Both the position numbers and the translations under genes were made by a program. From Mobula hypostoma (taxonomy: Eukaryota), in the NCBI RefSeq assembly GCF_963921235.1, contig NC_086108.1:81966001-82030000 (forward strand): a stretch of DNA of 64,000 nt. Direction: 5' to 3'. Of this stretch, positions 49,108-62,605 are shown in pieces; the first letter of the stretch is position 1; each line of letters starts with the position of its first letter. The notes under the pieces were generated by a model. That model was not told the DNA's origin. It did no database searches and worked only from the letters and a program-made list of their open reading frames with translations.

Positions 49108-52100
49108 TTACCTCTTCTTAACTGTGCCTCCGCCTGTTCATGTCGAAGCCTGTTAAGCCAAAGCCTCCCACCCTGACACTGGCACACTCAAACAGTGGCC
49201 ACTTCAACAATGGCCACTCTGCTTGGGCCTACCTTCCTTTTCTTTGCAGCTGAGCTTGGGCCTCTGACAATGACACGTACCGTGCCTGTGCAGCCCCAGA
49301 AGACTGGCCTTGACTGAGTTTGCTCCTTTTATTCTCTCTCTCCTGATTTCTGTAGGGCTCTGATATCGGTTACTCACACTCCCTGTGCCTGACCGGATTT
49401 TCCTGAGTCTGCTCTCTAAACTCCAGTAGGCCTGTGACGCCAAAAAATCTTTCAAATCTCTCACCTTGGGTGGGACTACAACCAGAAGTCATGGGTTGAG
49501 GGTGAAAGGTGAAAAATTTAAGGGGAAGATGAGGGGAAACTTCTTCACTCAGAGGGGACTGAGAATGTGGAATTAGTTTGGATAGGTACATTGATGGTAG
49601 GGACATACATGGAGGGATATGTTCCTGGTGCAGGTCAATGGGAGTAGACATTAAAATGGTTTTCGCATGGACTAGATGGGCCAAGGAGCCTGTTTCTGTG
49701 CTGTACTTTTCTATAACACCTCTGATCTTAAACCAATGTCATTTTAAAAACCCACTCCCTGTGTTTTCACTTTGTCTATGCTTTCATGGTCTTACATATG
49801 TCTTTCAGGTCATCTCTCAGTCTCCTACATTCAAAGGAGTAAAGTCCTCTCCTTATAATTCAGGCAACATCCTGGGAAATTTTTTCTGTACTCCTAATTT
49901 AATAACATCTTTCCTATAACTAGGTGACCAAAACTGGCCTCAATACTCGCCAACATCTTAAATGATTGCCACATAACTTTCCATTTCCTATACTCATTAC
50001 CCTGGCTGATGAAGGCCTCTGTGCCAAGTGCCTTCTTTGCCACTCTGTCTACCTGTGACATTGCTTTCAACAAACCGCACATGCATTCCTAGATCCCTCT
50101 GTTCCATAACACGCCCCAGGGCCCAGGCACTCATTGTACAAGTCGCACCCTGATCTGATCTACCAAAATGCAATACCTCACATTAATCTGGATTGAAGGC
50201 CATTTTCCAATCCTCAGCCCACATGCCCAGCCGATAAAGATCAACCAGTGATTTTTCATTCTACGTTACCTGCACGCCACCTATTTTAGTGCCATCCGCA
50301 AATTTTACTTGTGCATTCATGTACAAATCGTTTACATAAGTGACAAACAAAAAAGGTCTGCAGCAGCCCCTGTGGCACCCCACCAGAGAAAGGCCCCAGT
50401 CTGAGAAACAGCCTTCAATTCAAAGTACCTTTATTATAAAAGAATGTATAAAGGATACAACCTTGAGATTTATTTGTTCACAGTGGCCACAATGCAAGAA
50501 ACCTGAAAGAGCCCCATTAAAGAAAAAAATAAAAATAAAAGACCAACACCCGATGCATAAGAGAAAGAAAAGGAAACAAAAACTATACAAACCATCAACG
50601 GTTCTGCATCTTACAGAACCTCTGGGGCAGTTGCGAATCCATCTTCTCTCTGATTCAATGCAATCTAGTGTTTTAGACAGCCAGCCATCAGGGGTCTTAC
50701 TAAGGTCGAGTCCATATAGAAGACAGCTACTCTACCTTTATTTGTTGTCTTGATTACCTCAAAGAACTCAAAAGAGATTTATCAGACATGACACCTCATG
50801 CTTTCAGAGGCATCGGTGGAAGCGGAAGGCAGTGCTATTGGTCTGGCTGCTGCTGCCTTGCCCAGATGGTCATCCCCCTCATCAGTATCCAAAGGGGTAT
50901 ACCTGTTGCTGAGGGGAATGGCCACAGGGGACCCTGCACTGATCTTTTTCTCCCTTTACCTCTCTCGGTGTTCACCATCTACTCCCTGAATTCTGCACTC
51001 TGGGTGTAACCACCTGCTCAAAAGTCTGATCTACCAATTGCTCTGCCTCCCAGATGATCCTTAGTTCATCCAGCTCCTTAATGCGATCTTCCAGGAGCTC
51101 GAATTGGCTGTGCTTCCTGAAGATGTAGTTCTTCAGGGAGATGATCAGGTTCCATGAATTCTCCTATCCAGGAGGAGCATTCCACAGCCCTATCTGCCAT
51201 CCTGCCTGCACTGTACTCTGGGCAACCAGGACCAAATCAGCAATAACAAGAGGAAAAACCTACCTGTTTCTTTGGCCTCAGCCCCTTCTCTCCAAAGCCT
51301 CTAAGTTCCACTCTGAGTCTAGCCCCGACTCTGATGATGGCTGCTCCACTAGAACCTACCGCTCTTCTATGGTTTAAAAATAAGAAAAACCCCCACGCAA
51401 GGAGAAAGAATTCACCGTGCTTGGTGGTGCTCCGCCTGCCTTCTGCTGCCGCCGATGCCTCCGATGCTTTGGGACAGTCAACACAGCTTTGTGGGTGAGA
51501 TTTCATGTCTGAGCCTTAGAAGGGTAGGGTGATGTCAGGAGGAGCAATAGTCATAGGGGACTCGATAGTTAGGGGGACAGATCGGAGATTCAGCGGCAGG
51601 AAAGTGATGCCAGGATAGTGTGTTGCCTCCCGGGTGCTAAGGTCCAGGATGTCTTTGAGCAGTTGCAGAATATTCTTGAGGGGAGGGTGAGCAGCCAGAG
51701 GTTTTGGTACATATTGGTACCAGTGACATAGGCAGGAGGGGGGTAGAGATCCTGTGCAGTAAGTTTAGGAAGTTAGGAGGGAGGCTTCAAGATGGGAATC
51801 TCCAGATTACTCCTGGTGCAACAAGCTAGGGAAGGTTACAACAGGAAGAGAGCGCAGATGAGTGGGTGAGTGAGCAGATGGTGCAAGCGGCAGGGTTTCA
51901 AATTCTTGGATCATTGGAACCTTTTCTGGGGAAGGGGTTACCTGTACAAGTGGGACCCAAAATCCTGGGAGGGAGATTTGCTAATGCTATCGGGGAGGGT
52001 TTAAACTAAATTTGTGGAGGGTAGGAACTGAAGTAAAGAGGCAGAGGATGGGACATTTGGCACACAAGGAGAGACAGCTTGTAGGGAGTTTGAGAAGAAG

Positions 52101-53456
52101 GATAGGCAGATGACAGAGCAAAGATGTACTCAGTCAGATGGTTTGAGATGAGACTATTATAATGCAAGGAGTATCATTAAACAAAACAGAGGAGGTAGCG
52201 GAGGTACTTAATGAATTCTTTGATTCAGTATTCACCAGGGAAAAGGACCTTGGCAATTGTGGGGAGGACTTACAGCGGACTGAAACACTTGAGCATATAG
52301 ACATTAAGAAAGAGGATGTGCTGGAGCTTTTGAACAGCATTAAGTTAGATAAGTCGCCGGGTCTGGACAAGATATACTCAGTCTACTGTGGGAAGCGAGG
52401 GAGGAGATTGCTGAACCTGTGATGATCTTCGCATCATCAATAGGGACGGGAGAAGTACCAGAGGATTGGAAGTTTGCAAATGTTCTTCCCTTGTTCAAGG
52501 AAGGGACTAGAGATAGCCCAGGAAATTATAGACTACGAGTCTTCTTCAGTAGTGGATAAGTTGTTGGAGAAGATCCTGAGGGGCAGGATTTATGAGCATT
52601 TGGAGAGACATAATCTGATTAGGGATAGTCAGCCTGGCTTTGTCAGGGGCAGGTTGTGCCTTACGAGTCTGATTAAATTATTTGAGGATGTAACAAAACA
52701 CATTGATGTAGGTAGTGCAGTGGATGTAGTGTATATGGATTTCAGTCAGGCATTTCATAATGCAATGGATTTCATAAACTTCCCTATGCGAGGCTCATTC
52801 AGAAAGTAACGAGGCATGGAATCTAAGGAGACTTTGCTTTGTGGATCCAGAATTGGCTTGCCCACAGAAGGCAAAGGGTGACTGTAGATGGTTCATATTC
52901 TGCATGGAGTTCGGTGACCAGTGGTGATCCACAAGGATCTTTTCTGGGACCCCTTCTCTTTGTGACTTTTATAAATAACAAAGGGTGTTGGAAGGGTGGG
53001 TTAGTATGACACATAAGTTGGGGTTGTTGTGGAGGCTGGAGGGCTGTCAGAGGTTACAGCGGGATATCGATATGTTGCAAAATTGGGCTGAGAAGTGGCA
53101 GATGGAGTTCAACCCGGATAAGTGTGAAGTGGTTCATTTCAACAGGTCAAATTTGAAGATAAAATATAGTATTAATGGTAGACTCTTAGCAGTGTGGAGG
53201 ATCAGAGGGACCTTGGGGTCCGAGTCCATAGGACACTCAAAGCCGCTGCGCAGGTTGACTGTGTGGTTAAGAAGGCATACGGTGTATTGGCCTTCATCAA
53301 CCATGGGATTGAGTTCAAGAGCTGTGAGGTAATGTTACAGTTGTATAAGATCTTGGTTAGACCACACTTGGAATACTATGTTCAGCTCTGGTCACCTCAC
53401 TACAGAAAGGATGTGGATACTATAGAGAGAATGAAGAGGAGATTTACAAGGATGTT

Positions 53457-53850
53457 AACACGAGGAAATCTGCAGATGCTGGAATTTCAAGCAACACACA
53501 TAAAAGTTGCTGGTGAACGCAGCAGGCCAGGCAGCATCTCTAGGAAGAGGTACAGTTGACATTTCGGGCTGAGACCCTTCGTCAGGACTAACTGAAAGAA
53601 GAGCTAGTAAGAGATTTGAAAGTGGGAGGGGGGGTGGAGATCCCAAATGATAGGAGAGGGAGGGATGGAGCCAAGAGCTGGACGGTTGATTGGCAAAAGG
53701 GATATGAGAGGATCATGGGACAGGAGGCCCAGGGAGAAAGAAAAAGGGGAGGGGAGAAAAAAACCAGAGGATGGGCAAGGGGTATAGTGAGGGGGACAGA
53801 GGGAGAAAAAGGAGAGAGAGGAAAAGAATGTGTGTATATAAATAAATAAC
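53457..53850 (-). mobile_element. Penelope 3' fragment inserted in CR1 ORF2
   Basis: Closely similar to 37705-38100; GGATGTT at 53450-53456 and 53851-53857 splits [10 protein letters not shown]. Confidence 0.9.
53554..53589 (-). ncRNA. Minimal hammerhead ribozyme copy
   Basis: AGTCCTGACGAAGGGTCTCAGCCCGAAATGTCAACT; core kept, stems partly mutated. Confidence 0.6.
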
Positions 53851-54390
53851 GGATGTTGCCTGGATTGGTGAGCGTCCCTTATGAGAATAGGTTGAGTGAA
53901 CTGGCCTTTTCTCCTTGGAGCGACAAAGTATGAGAGGTGACCTGATAGAGGTGTATAAGATGACGAGAGGCATTAATCATGTGGATAGCCAGAGGCTTTT
54001 TTCCAGGGCTGAAACAGCTAACATGAGGGGCATAGTATTAAGGTGCGTAGAAATAGGTACGGGGGGGGGGGGGAATGTCGGTGCAAGTTTTTCACAAAAA
54101 GTGGTGGGTGCATGGAATGCACTGCCATCAATGGTAGTAGAGGCAGATACAATAGGGGTTTTTAAGAGACTCTCAGGTAGGTACATGGAGCTTAGAAAAA
54201 TAGAGGGCTATGCAGTAGGGAAATCCTAGGCAATTTCTGGAGTAGGTTACATGGCCAGCACAACATTGTGGGCTGAAAGGCCTGTAATAAGCTGTAGATT
54301 TCTATGTTCTATGTCCTAAGTCAGACCCTGTCTCTAAATATTGCTAGTTTCTATCCCTCAGAAACTCCTTCAGTAACTTCACCACTACCA

Positions 54391-54678
54391 GTGGCAGAGT
54401 AGTGTAGTGGTTAGCACAACACTTTACAGTACCAATGTTCGGGAGTTCCATTCCTGCCGCACCCTGTAAGGAGTTTGTATGTTCTCCCCATGACCGTACC
54501 ATGGGTTTCCTCTGGTGGCTCCGGTTTCATCCCACAGTACAAAGACGTACCGGTTAGCGGATTAATTTGTCATTGTAAATTGTCCCGTGATGCGACTACG
54601 GTTAAATTGGGGGTTGCTGGGCGGCACGGCTTGAGGGGCAGGAAGACCCCATTCTGCACTGTATCTCAATAAATAAAA
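54391..54678 (+). mobile_element. tRNA-derived V-SINE (HE1-like)
   Basis: Box A TAGTGTAGTGG, box B GTTCCATTCC, V-domain TGTATGTTCTCCCC...GCTCCGGTTTC, CR1-like tail with AATAAA repeats. Confidence 0.85.
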
Positions 54679-55494
54679 ACATAGATGTCAGCCTCACTGG
54701 TCTGTAGTTTCCTGATTTGTTTTTTGAAAACAATGGTACCACATTAGAGCTGGCCTAAGAAAGTGGCCAGAGATGAAGCAAAAACAACTCTCGAAGGGCC
54801 TCCACAATTTCTTCTGCAGCTTTCAACAAAGTCCAGGAATGTGCCAGGCTAGGCCCTGGATATTTGTCCACCTTAAAGCACCTTACGGCCCCTTAAGGCC
54901 CCCTCTAGCTCCGCCCCTCTAAGTTGTACATGGATATTATATGTTGGATTTCCAATATCAGCAGGGTTTCTTCTCATTTTCAGAAGTGGGTGCCCAACTT
55001 GTCATCTTCACGGGATTTACAAATCATAGATTGTTGGAAGTCATTGTTAAAGGATTCTTATGTTGCTATATGATAAACAAGCTTGGGAAGACTGAAATCT
55101 AAATTTTGTGGAGATCATGTGATAGCCAGTGTTGGAAACTTCTTCAAACAGTGGGAGAGTATCATGCTACTGTTTACTTCTGGAATTTTTTCCAGATGAG
55201 GACTGTATCCCATAACTATTTACTTTCATTTTGTAAATATTAACATAGATCTGAGAGCTGTGTGACAGGAGGTTACAGAAGTATGGAAGCATGATGTCAT
55301 GGAGGGATTTGAACATAAAAACGGCAATGTTAAACCTTGTGGTCCAGCTGGTCCAGTGTACTTCAGAGAGACCGAGAATGGTTTTAGTCCTGTAAAAGCA
55401 TATACTTTATTCCAAGAATCTGTGTGTGATTTTATTTCAGAAGTGCATAATAGATTGTAAAGAGCTTTTCTTAAGTTCTTGTGTATTACCCAGG

Positions 55495-56605
55495 ACATAA
55501 ACCATAAGACATGAGAGCAGAATCATGCCATTCAGCCTATCGAGTCTGCTCTACCACTCCATCATGGCTGATCTCGGATCCCACTCAATCCCATGCACCT
55601 GCCTTTTTGTCATATCCTTCGTTGCTCTGATCAATTAGGAAACGATCAACTTCTGCCTTAAATATACTCACAGACTTGGCCTCCACCTCAGTCTGTGGCA
55701 GGGCATTCCACAGATTCACAACTCTCTGGCTAAAAAAATTCCTCCTTACCAGATGGCTATACATTAGGGAAATTCTAGGCAGTTTCTAGAATAGGTTACA
55801 TGGTCGGCACAAGATTGTGGGCCGAAAGGCCTGTAATGTGCTGTAAATTTCTATGTTCTATGTTACCTCTGTTCTAAAAGGTCACCCCTCAATTTTGAGG
55901 CTGTACCCTCTAGTTCTGGATACCCTCACCCTAGGAAGCATCCTCTCCACATCCACCCTATCTAATCCTTTCAACATTTGGTAGGTTTCAATGAGATTCC
56001 CCACAGGCTTCTAAATTCCAGTGAGTACAGGCCCAAAGCTGCCAAACGCTCCTCATATGTTAATCCACTCATTCCCAGAATCATCCTCATGAACCTCCTC
56101 TGGACTCTCTCCAATGACAACACATCCTTTCTGAGATATGGGGCTCAAAACTGTTGACAATATTCCAAGTGCGGCCTGACTAGTGTCTTATAAAGGCTCA
56201 GCGTTATCTCCTTCCTTTTATATTCCCCTTGAAATACAGTAACTGCCAACATTGCATTTGCCGCCTTTACCACAGACTCAACCTGTAAATTAACCTGGGA
56301 GTCTTGCACGAGGATTCCCAAGTCCCTCTGCACCTCTGATGTTTGAAGCTTCTCCCCGTTTAGATAATAGTCTGCACTATTGTTCCTTTTACCAAAATGC
56401 ATTATCATACATTTCCCAACACTGTATTCCATCTGCCACTTTTTTGCCCATTCTTCCAATTTGTCTAAGTCCAGCTGCAATTGCATTGCTTCCTCAGCAC
56501 TACCTACCCCTCCATCTGTACAGTATTCCTGTTATCTGCAAACTTTGCCACAAAGCCTTCAATTCCATTATCCAAATCATTGGACAAACAATGTGAAAAG
56601 TAGCA
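55495..56605 (-). mobile_element. CR1 3' fragment containing a 112-nt CR1 tail insertion (55751-55862, +)
   Basis: ORF 56145-56486 (WAKKWQMEY, LVRPHLEYC); TTACC duplicated at 55746-55750 and 55863-55867. Confidence 0.88.
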
Positions 56606-58509
56606 GACATGCTTCTCATTGCTCATATCCTGGAGGAGATACAGGAGCCTGAAGGCGCAAACTCAACGATTCAGGAATAGCTTTTTCTCTTCAGCTATCA
56701 GATTTTTGAATGGACATTGAACCCATGAACATTACCTCTACTTTTTTTTCCCTGTTTTTGCACCACTTATTTAATTTAGCTTTTTAAAATGTATATATTA
56801 CTTACTGTAATTTACAGATTGTTATTGTTATGCATCACACTGTACCGCTGCCGCCAAATTTCACGTCGCATGCCAGTGATATTAAACTTGTTTATGATAT
56901 TGGACTGAAGACTTGGACAGTGTAAGGAGGTGGGGATAGAGGGCGGTAACAAAACTGCGAATTGGCAAGTGTATGATGAGCTGAGGCGGATAAAGTTGCC
57001 GTTGTTCACTTCTGTCAACATATGCATCGAAACAGAATTTAAGAACTGGTTAAAATCGTTGCAGAAATTACGACTGGAATCGCAGCAGTTAAAGAAAGAA
57101 CTGGTGAGTTGATTTGGGCCTTTACAAGTTCTGGACTGACTTCCCTGCTGACTTGTCCGTCTGCTGCAGAAAAAGTTGCGGTGATGCGCTGGCGATGGAA
57201 CAAAGTGGCTGCTGTAAATTTAGACTTGGCTGGTGATAAAGTGTTTGCGGAATGTGTGTCATCTCGTCAAAGAACGTTAAGTGAAAGAGTATATTTGGAA
57301 ATCAGTTGGTCAGAGAATCATTCTTTCATCATTGTTAGCTTTCCAGATTACTGAAGGAAGTAAATACATTTGTGGAGTTTAATGCAGCAGCTGGTTTGAA
57401 TCCGCGGGGCGTAACGAAGTGAGTGGGAAGGAGAGACGCCACAGCCCAGGGTGAATGGTTGATGAGGGATTTTAAACTCGGCTGATCCCGAGAGATGGGA
57501 GTCATTAACGTATATCGTGTATGTTTTCGTTGATAAGGTCGGGATTCTGTTACAATTCCTGGGGGCAGTTCTTTTCCGGTGATCAATGGGTTATTTGTGT
57601 GTGTTTCTGGCCGTCTTTTCCTGCAGATGTGGACGTTATTCCGGTTTGTTATCTTGGCCGGTGACAACTGCAGCTCTGCCTTTGCTTTCTCTGTAGTGCC
57701 TGTAGTCACCGAGCATTACAGTTGCTGCTTCCTATGTCGCGGCAGTGCAATTGCTCGCGGATATGAAAATACCATCGAGCGAATGGGAGGGAGGCTGTCA
57801 TCGTTGCGAAACACTTTGAATTAAATTGTGTTTAGCTGTATCTGCCACCAAGCACTTTGTAATACCGCTTTAAACAGTCCTGTACCTTATTAAATAGATT
57901 GCCTCCATGTTAGAATTTTAATCCCATACAACCTAGAGAATCGAGCTAATTTCAGCCCTAGCGCGAAATTTAATCTTCCATCGAATACTACGTAAATGCT
58001 CTCTAAAACCCCACCAAATGTGTTATAACTTCTCGAAATTTCGATAAAAATTCCAATTTAGGAGCCCGCGCACATAGAGTTAATAGTTACTATAGAGTAT
58101 TAATTTTGTTCCTCGTTCGAGTTTTAGAAACCAATCAAATTTGTAAGTACGAGACACGTCCTCGCTACACGATGCTGCCTAAATCCACAGCAAAAGGGAA
58201 TTGTAGAGACAAGAGAGCACTTCTGATCCAAGTGCATGAGCGCTGTTTTCCTTCCTTCTGACACAGCTTGCTTCACTCTTCGCCCAGTTCCGGGACGTGT
58301 CCGGTCTCAAATACAGTACCCATTTACAACGAAAAACAATGCGAGTTAACGTAGCAGGCCAGGCAGCATCTCTAGGAAGAGGTGCAGTCGACATTTCAGG
58401 AAGTTAAATCTCTTCGCAAGTAACTTTGCAGAACAAAATATGCTTATTGGACCCAGTCTGCCATTTATGCTCCATTTGCACCTCAGTTTGCTATATACAG
58501 TAGCACCAT

Positions 58510-60170
58510 AACATGTTGTTCAGTCTCTGCCCTATGAGGAGCTGCCATTGAAAATCTGGCCGAATGGTGCCGCAACAACCACCCCTCCCTCAGTGTCAGC
58601 AAGTTACTGAGGAGCCGAACGGGAGGAGGGGTCCTGAGGTCCATATCCAGTCCTCATTGGGGGATTGGAGACGGGGAGGGTCAGCAACTTAAAAATCCTC
58701 AGTGTGAGAGCTGATTGTGGACTTCAGGAAGGGTGAGATGAGGGAACACAAACCAATCCACAGAGGGATCAGAAGTAGAGAGAGTGAGCAATTTCAAATT
58801 TCGGGGTGTAAATATCTCTGAGGACCTAGCCTGGTGCCAACATTTTGATGCAGCTATAAAGAAGGCAAAACAGTAGCTATATTTCAGTTTGAGGAGATTT
58901 GGTATGTCATCTAAAACACTTGCAAGTTTGTACAAATGCACCGTGGAGAGCGTTCTGAATGGTTACCTCACCGTCTGGTATGAGGTGGGGGGTCGGTTAC
59001 TGCACAGGATCAAAAGAAGCAATAGGGTTGTAAAATTAGTTAGCGCTATCATCGGCACTAGCCTCAGTATTCAAAACACCTTCAAGGAGTGGTGTCTCAG
59101 AAAGACAGCGTCCATTGTCAAGGACCCAGTTCACCCGGGCCCTGCCCTCTTCCCTTTGCTACCATCAGGTAGGAGGTACAGAAGCCTGAAGGCACACACA
59201 GGAACAGCTTCTTCCCCTCTGCCATCCGATTCCTAAATGGACTTTGAACTTGTGAACACTATCTCACTGCCTTTGTTATTTCTGTTTGTGCACTACTATT
59301 TTTAACTAATATACATAAATACTTGCTAACTCTGAATTTTATTCTAATTTATCATGTATTGCATTGTAATGTTGTCACAAAGTTAATAATGTTTCACACA
59401 TATGCTGGTGATATTGAACCTGATTTTCATTCTGATTCTGAGAGGCTCTATCCTCGGCACAGTAAGTGAGCGCAATTACGAGGAAAGCAGGGCAGTCCCT
59501 CTTATTTCCTTAGAAGTTTGTGGAGATTCAGCATGACATCCAAAACTTTGACAAACTTCTATAGATGTGTGGTAGAGAGTAAGTACATTGACGGTTCCAT
59601 CACCCATGAATGGAAAATATACTGACTGGTTGCAATGCCCACGAATGGGACATCCTATGAAAAACGGTGCATCTGGCCCAGTCCATCACGGGTAAAGCCC
59701 TCCCCACTATTGAGTACATCTACATGGTACAGTAAACAGTATCCATCAACAAGGAACCCCGCCACTCGGGCCGTGCTCGCTTCTTGCTGCTGCCATCAGG
59801 ACGAAGGTACAGGAGCCAGGGGACCCACACCTCCAGATTCCAGAACAGTTAATACCCCTCAGCCATCAGGCTGATGAACTAACAGGGATAACTTCACCTG
59901 TCCCATCACTGAACTGGTCCCACAACCTGTGGACTCACTTTAAAGACCTCTTCATCTCATCTTCTTGATATGTTTTGCTGATTTATGTTTTCTTTTGTAT
60001 TTGCAGAGTTTGTGGTCTTTTGCACATTGGTTGTTTGTCCTGTTGGGCGGGCTCTTTCAATTGATTCTATATGTTTCAAAGATTTACTGAGTATGCCCAC
60101 AAGAAAACTAATCTCAGGATTGTTTCTGGTGACCTGTATGTATTTTGATAATAAATTAACTTTTAACTTT
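58510..60170 (+). mobile_element. Tandem Rex1/Babar 3' fragments
   Basis: LRRFGMSSKTL..CTVES..LLPSGRRYRSLK; two AT-rich 3' UTRs. Confidence 0.8.
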
Positions 60171-60713
60171 TATTATGTCAGAGTGTTGACCTTGGTCACT
60201 CTGTGGTAGCAGGTTGCAGATTCTCATCACTGGCTGGTTAGGGAAGTTTTTACTGAATTTGCATTGATGACCTTTAGTTTTGCCCTCCCCTATGACATTG
60301 TTCCAACTTTTTCAAAATGTGACCCTCCAACCAGTTTCAGAATTGTGAATTTGAGTTAGATTGGGTCAGTCTATGGGGAGTGTGAGTTAGAGAGTGGAGG
60401 CTTGGTATGGGTTAGGATGTGTGCAAGGGATCCAAAGAGCCTGATGTTAAAACTGGAAGCCACCCCAGACAGAATTGCAATGAATGAACCTAGGAAAAAA
60501 ACACAGTTGAAAATTCTAATCTCCAATAAGCTGATAAAATCTTTGTAGGGTAATACAGACAGTAGTACATCACTACTATTGACAAATATGGTATTGAGTG
60601 TTTTGCTGTCAATAGCGGTAACATCAGAATTTCTTGTAAAATGACTATAGCCTTGACTGTGGGCGGTTAGTCTTTGGATTGCCTAGATCCAAAACCATGC
60701 AAGGCAAGTGTTG

Positions 60714-61745
60714 AACATAGCACAGTACAGGCCCTTCGGCCCACAATGTTGTGCCGACCCTCAAACCCTGCCTCCCATATAAGCCCCCACCTTAAATTCC
60801 TCCATATACCTGTCTAGTAGTCTCTTAAACTTCACTAGTGTATCTGCCTCCACCACTGACTCAGGCAGTGCATTCCACGCACCAACCACTCTCTGAGTAA
60901 AAAACCTTCCTCTAATATCCCCCTTGAACTTCCCACCCCTTACCTTAAAGCCTGTCCTCTTGTATTGAGAAGTGGTGCCCTGGGGATGAGGCGCTGGCTA
61001 TCCACTCTATCTATTCCTCTTATTATCTTGTACACCTCTATCATGTCTCCTCTCATCCTCCTTCTCTTCAAAGAGTAAAGCCCTAGCTCCCTTAATCTCT
61101 GATCATAATGCATACTTTCTAAACCAGGCAGCATCCTGGTAAATCTCCTCTGTACCCTTTCCAATGCTTCCACATCCTTCCTATAGTGAGATGACCAGAA
61201 CTGGACACAGTACTCCAAGTGTGGCCTAACCAGAGTTTTATAGAGCTGCATCATTACATCGCGACTCTTAAACTCTATCCCTCGACTTATGAAAGCTAAC
61301 ACCCCATAAGCTTTCTTAACTACCCTATCCACCTGTGAGGCAACTTTCAGGGATATGTGGACATGTACCCCGAGATCCCTCTGCTCCTCCACACTACCAA
61401 GTATTCTGCCATTTACTTTGTACTCTGCCTTGGAGTTTGTCCTTCCAAAGTGTACCACCTCACACTTTTCCGTGTTGAGCACCATCTGCCATTTCTCAGC
61501 CCACTTCTGCATCCTATCAATGTCTCTCTGCAATCTTTGACAATCCTCTACACTATCTACAACACCACCAACCTTTGTGTCGTCTGCAAACTTGCCAACC
61601 CACCCTTCTACCCCCACATCCAGGTCGTTAATAAAAATCACGAAAAGTAGAGGTCACAGAACAGATCCTTGTGGGACACCACTAGTCACAATCCTCCAAT
61701 CTGAATGTACTCCCTCCACCACCACCCTCTGCCTTCTGCAGGCTA
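60714..61745 (-). mobile_element. Young 5'-truncated CR1 LINE
   Basis: Uninterrupted 233-aa RT C-terminal ORF 60940-61641 (KFADDTK, LVRPHLEYC). Confidence 0.95.
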
Positions 61746-62605
61746 GCCTGAGTGTTTGAAGGAGAAGGAATTCAACTCTGTTGTCTGGCCATAAAATCAG
61801 GACCTTACCATTTTAATAATAGTTGAATACTATTACATGCTGCTTGATTCCCAATCTGTGCTGCCTAATATTTACATTTACAAGCATGTTTCCTGGATAT
61901 CATAATCCTGGCCTCCTGTTATACACAAAAAAAGAAACTGCTTTTATTCAGCACTTTTCTGATGAGACAAAGCCATGTGAGAATATAAGTAGTGATGAGG
62001 GTGCAAAGATGCCTTGAGAGTAAATTTGAGTGAGTGAACAACAGTGGAGTATTGTTGAATGTGGAACACCTGTGGCATTAACCTCTTCAGTAGAAAAAAC
62101 AATGATGTTGAGTTGATTTAAATGGGAACTGTTGATGTTTAAAAGGACCAGCTGCACTTGTACTCAAGGTATCAAATGCAGGTACTACAAGCAATTAGGA
62201 AGGCAAATGATGTTCACGCAGGGACAGAATCCTTCAGTATGTTGCTGGAGGAACTCTGTTGGTCAGGCAACATTTATCAGGGAGGTGAGTGTGTAGTTAT
62301 TTTGGGCAAGGGAACTCTCCTCATGCCGGGTCTCGGCCTGAAATGTCAGCTGTCGTTTTGCCTCCACGGATGTCGGCTGAACCACTGAGTGACTCCCTGA
62401 CCTTGTTTTATATTGCAAGTGAAATGATGACTTTTGTTGCAAGGGGATTTATTTTATTTTATTTTAGCAATACAGAGCAGAGTTGGCCCTTCTGGCCTAC
62501 TTGAGCAACACCATCCCAGCAACCACTGACAAACCCAATCAGGGGACCGTTTACACCTAACTTAATCACGGGACAATTTACAGTGATCAGTTAACCTACC
62601 TGGTA

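Larger units (their letters stand above)
44970..49440 (-). mobile_element. Near full-length degenerate CR1 LINE (5' UTR, ORF1 esterase, ORF2 endonuclease-RT)
   Basis: ORF1 VHLGTNDIGRK..DRLHLNWRG (47753-48205); ORF2 CFNARSI (47753), YMDFSKVFDEVPH, KFADD, LVRPHLEYC. Confidence 0.95.
50800..54315 (+). mobile_element. CR1 LINE with inverted 5' segment and internal deletion, inserted into an older minus-strand CR1 (49830-50800 and 54318-54890)
   Basis: ORF1 N-terminal part on - (50830-51370); esterase and ORF2 on + (51500-54315); TTCTATG tail; host RT resumes at 54318. Confidence 0.8.

Noticed and set aside
54391..54470. tRNA gene
   Set aside because: No full cloverleaf, and it continues into a V-domain and LINE tail, so it is a SINE head
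57335..57709. 124-aa minus-strand ORF as a gene (e.g. BSND)
   Set aside because: Non-ATG start, no recognisable domain and no transmembrane segments
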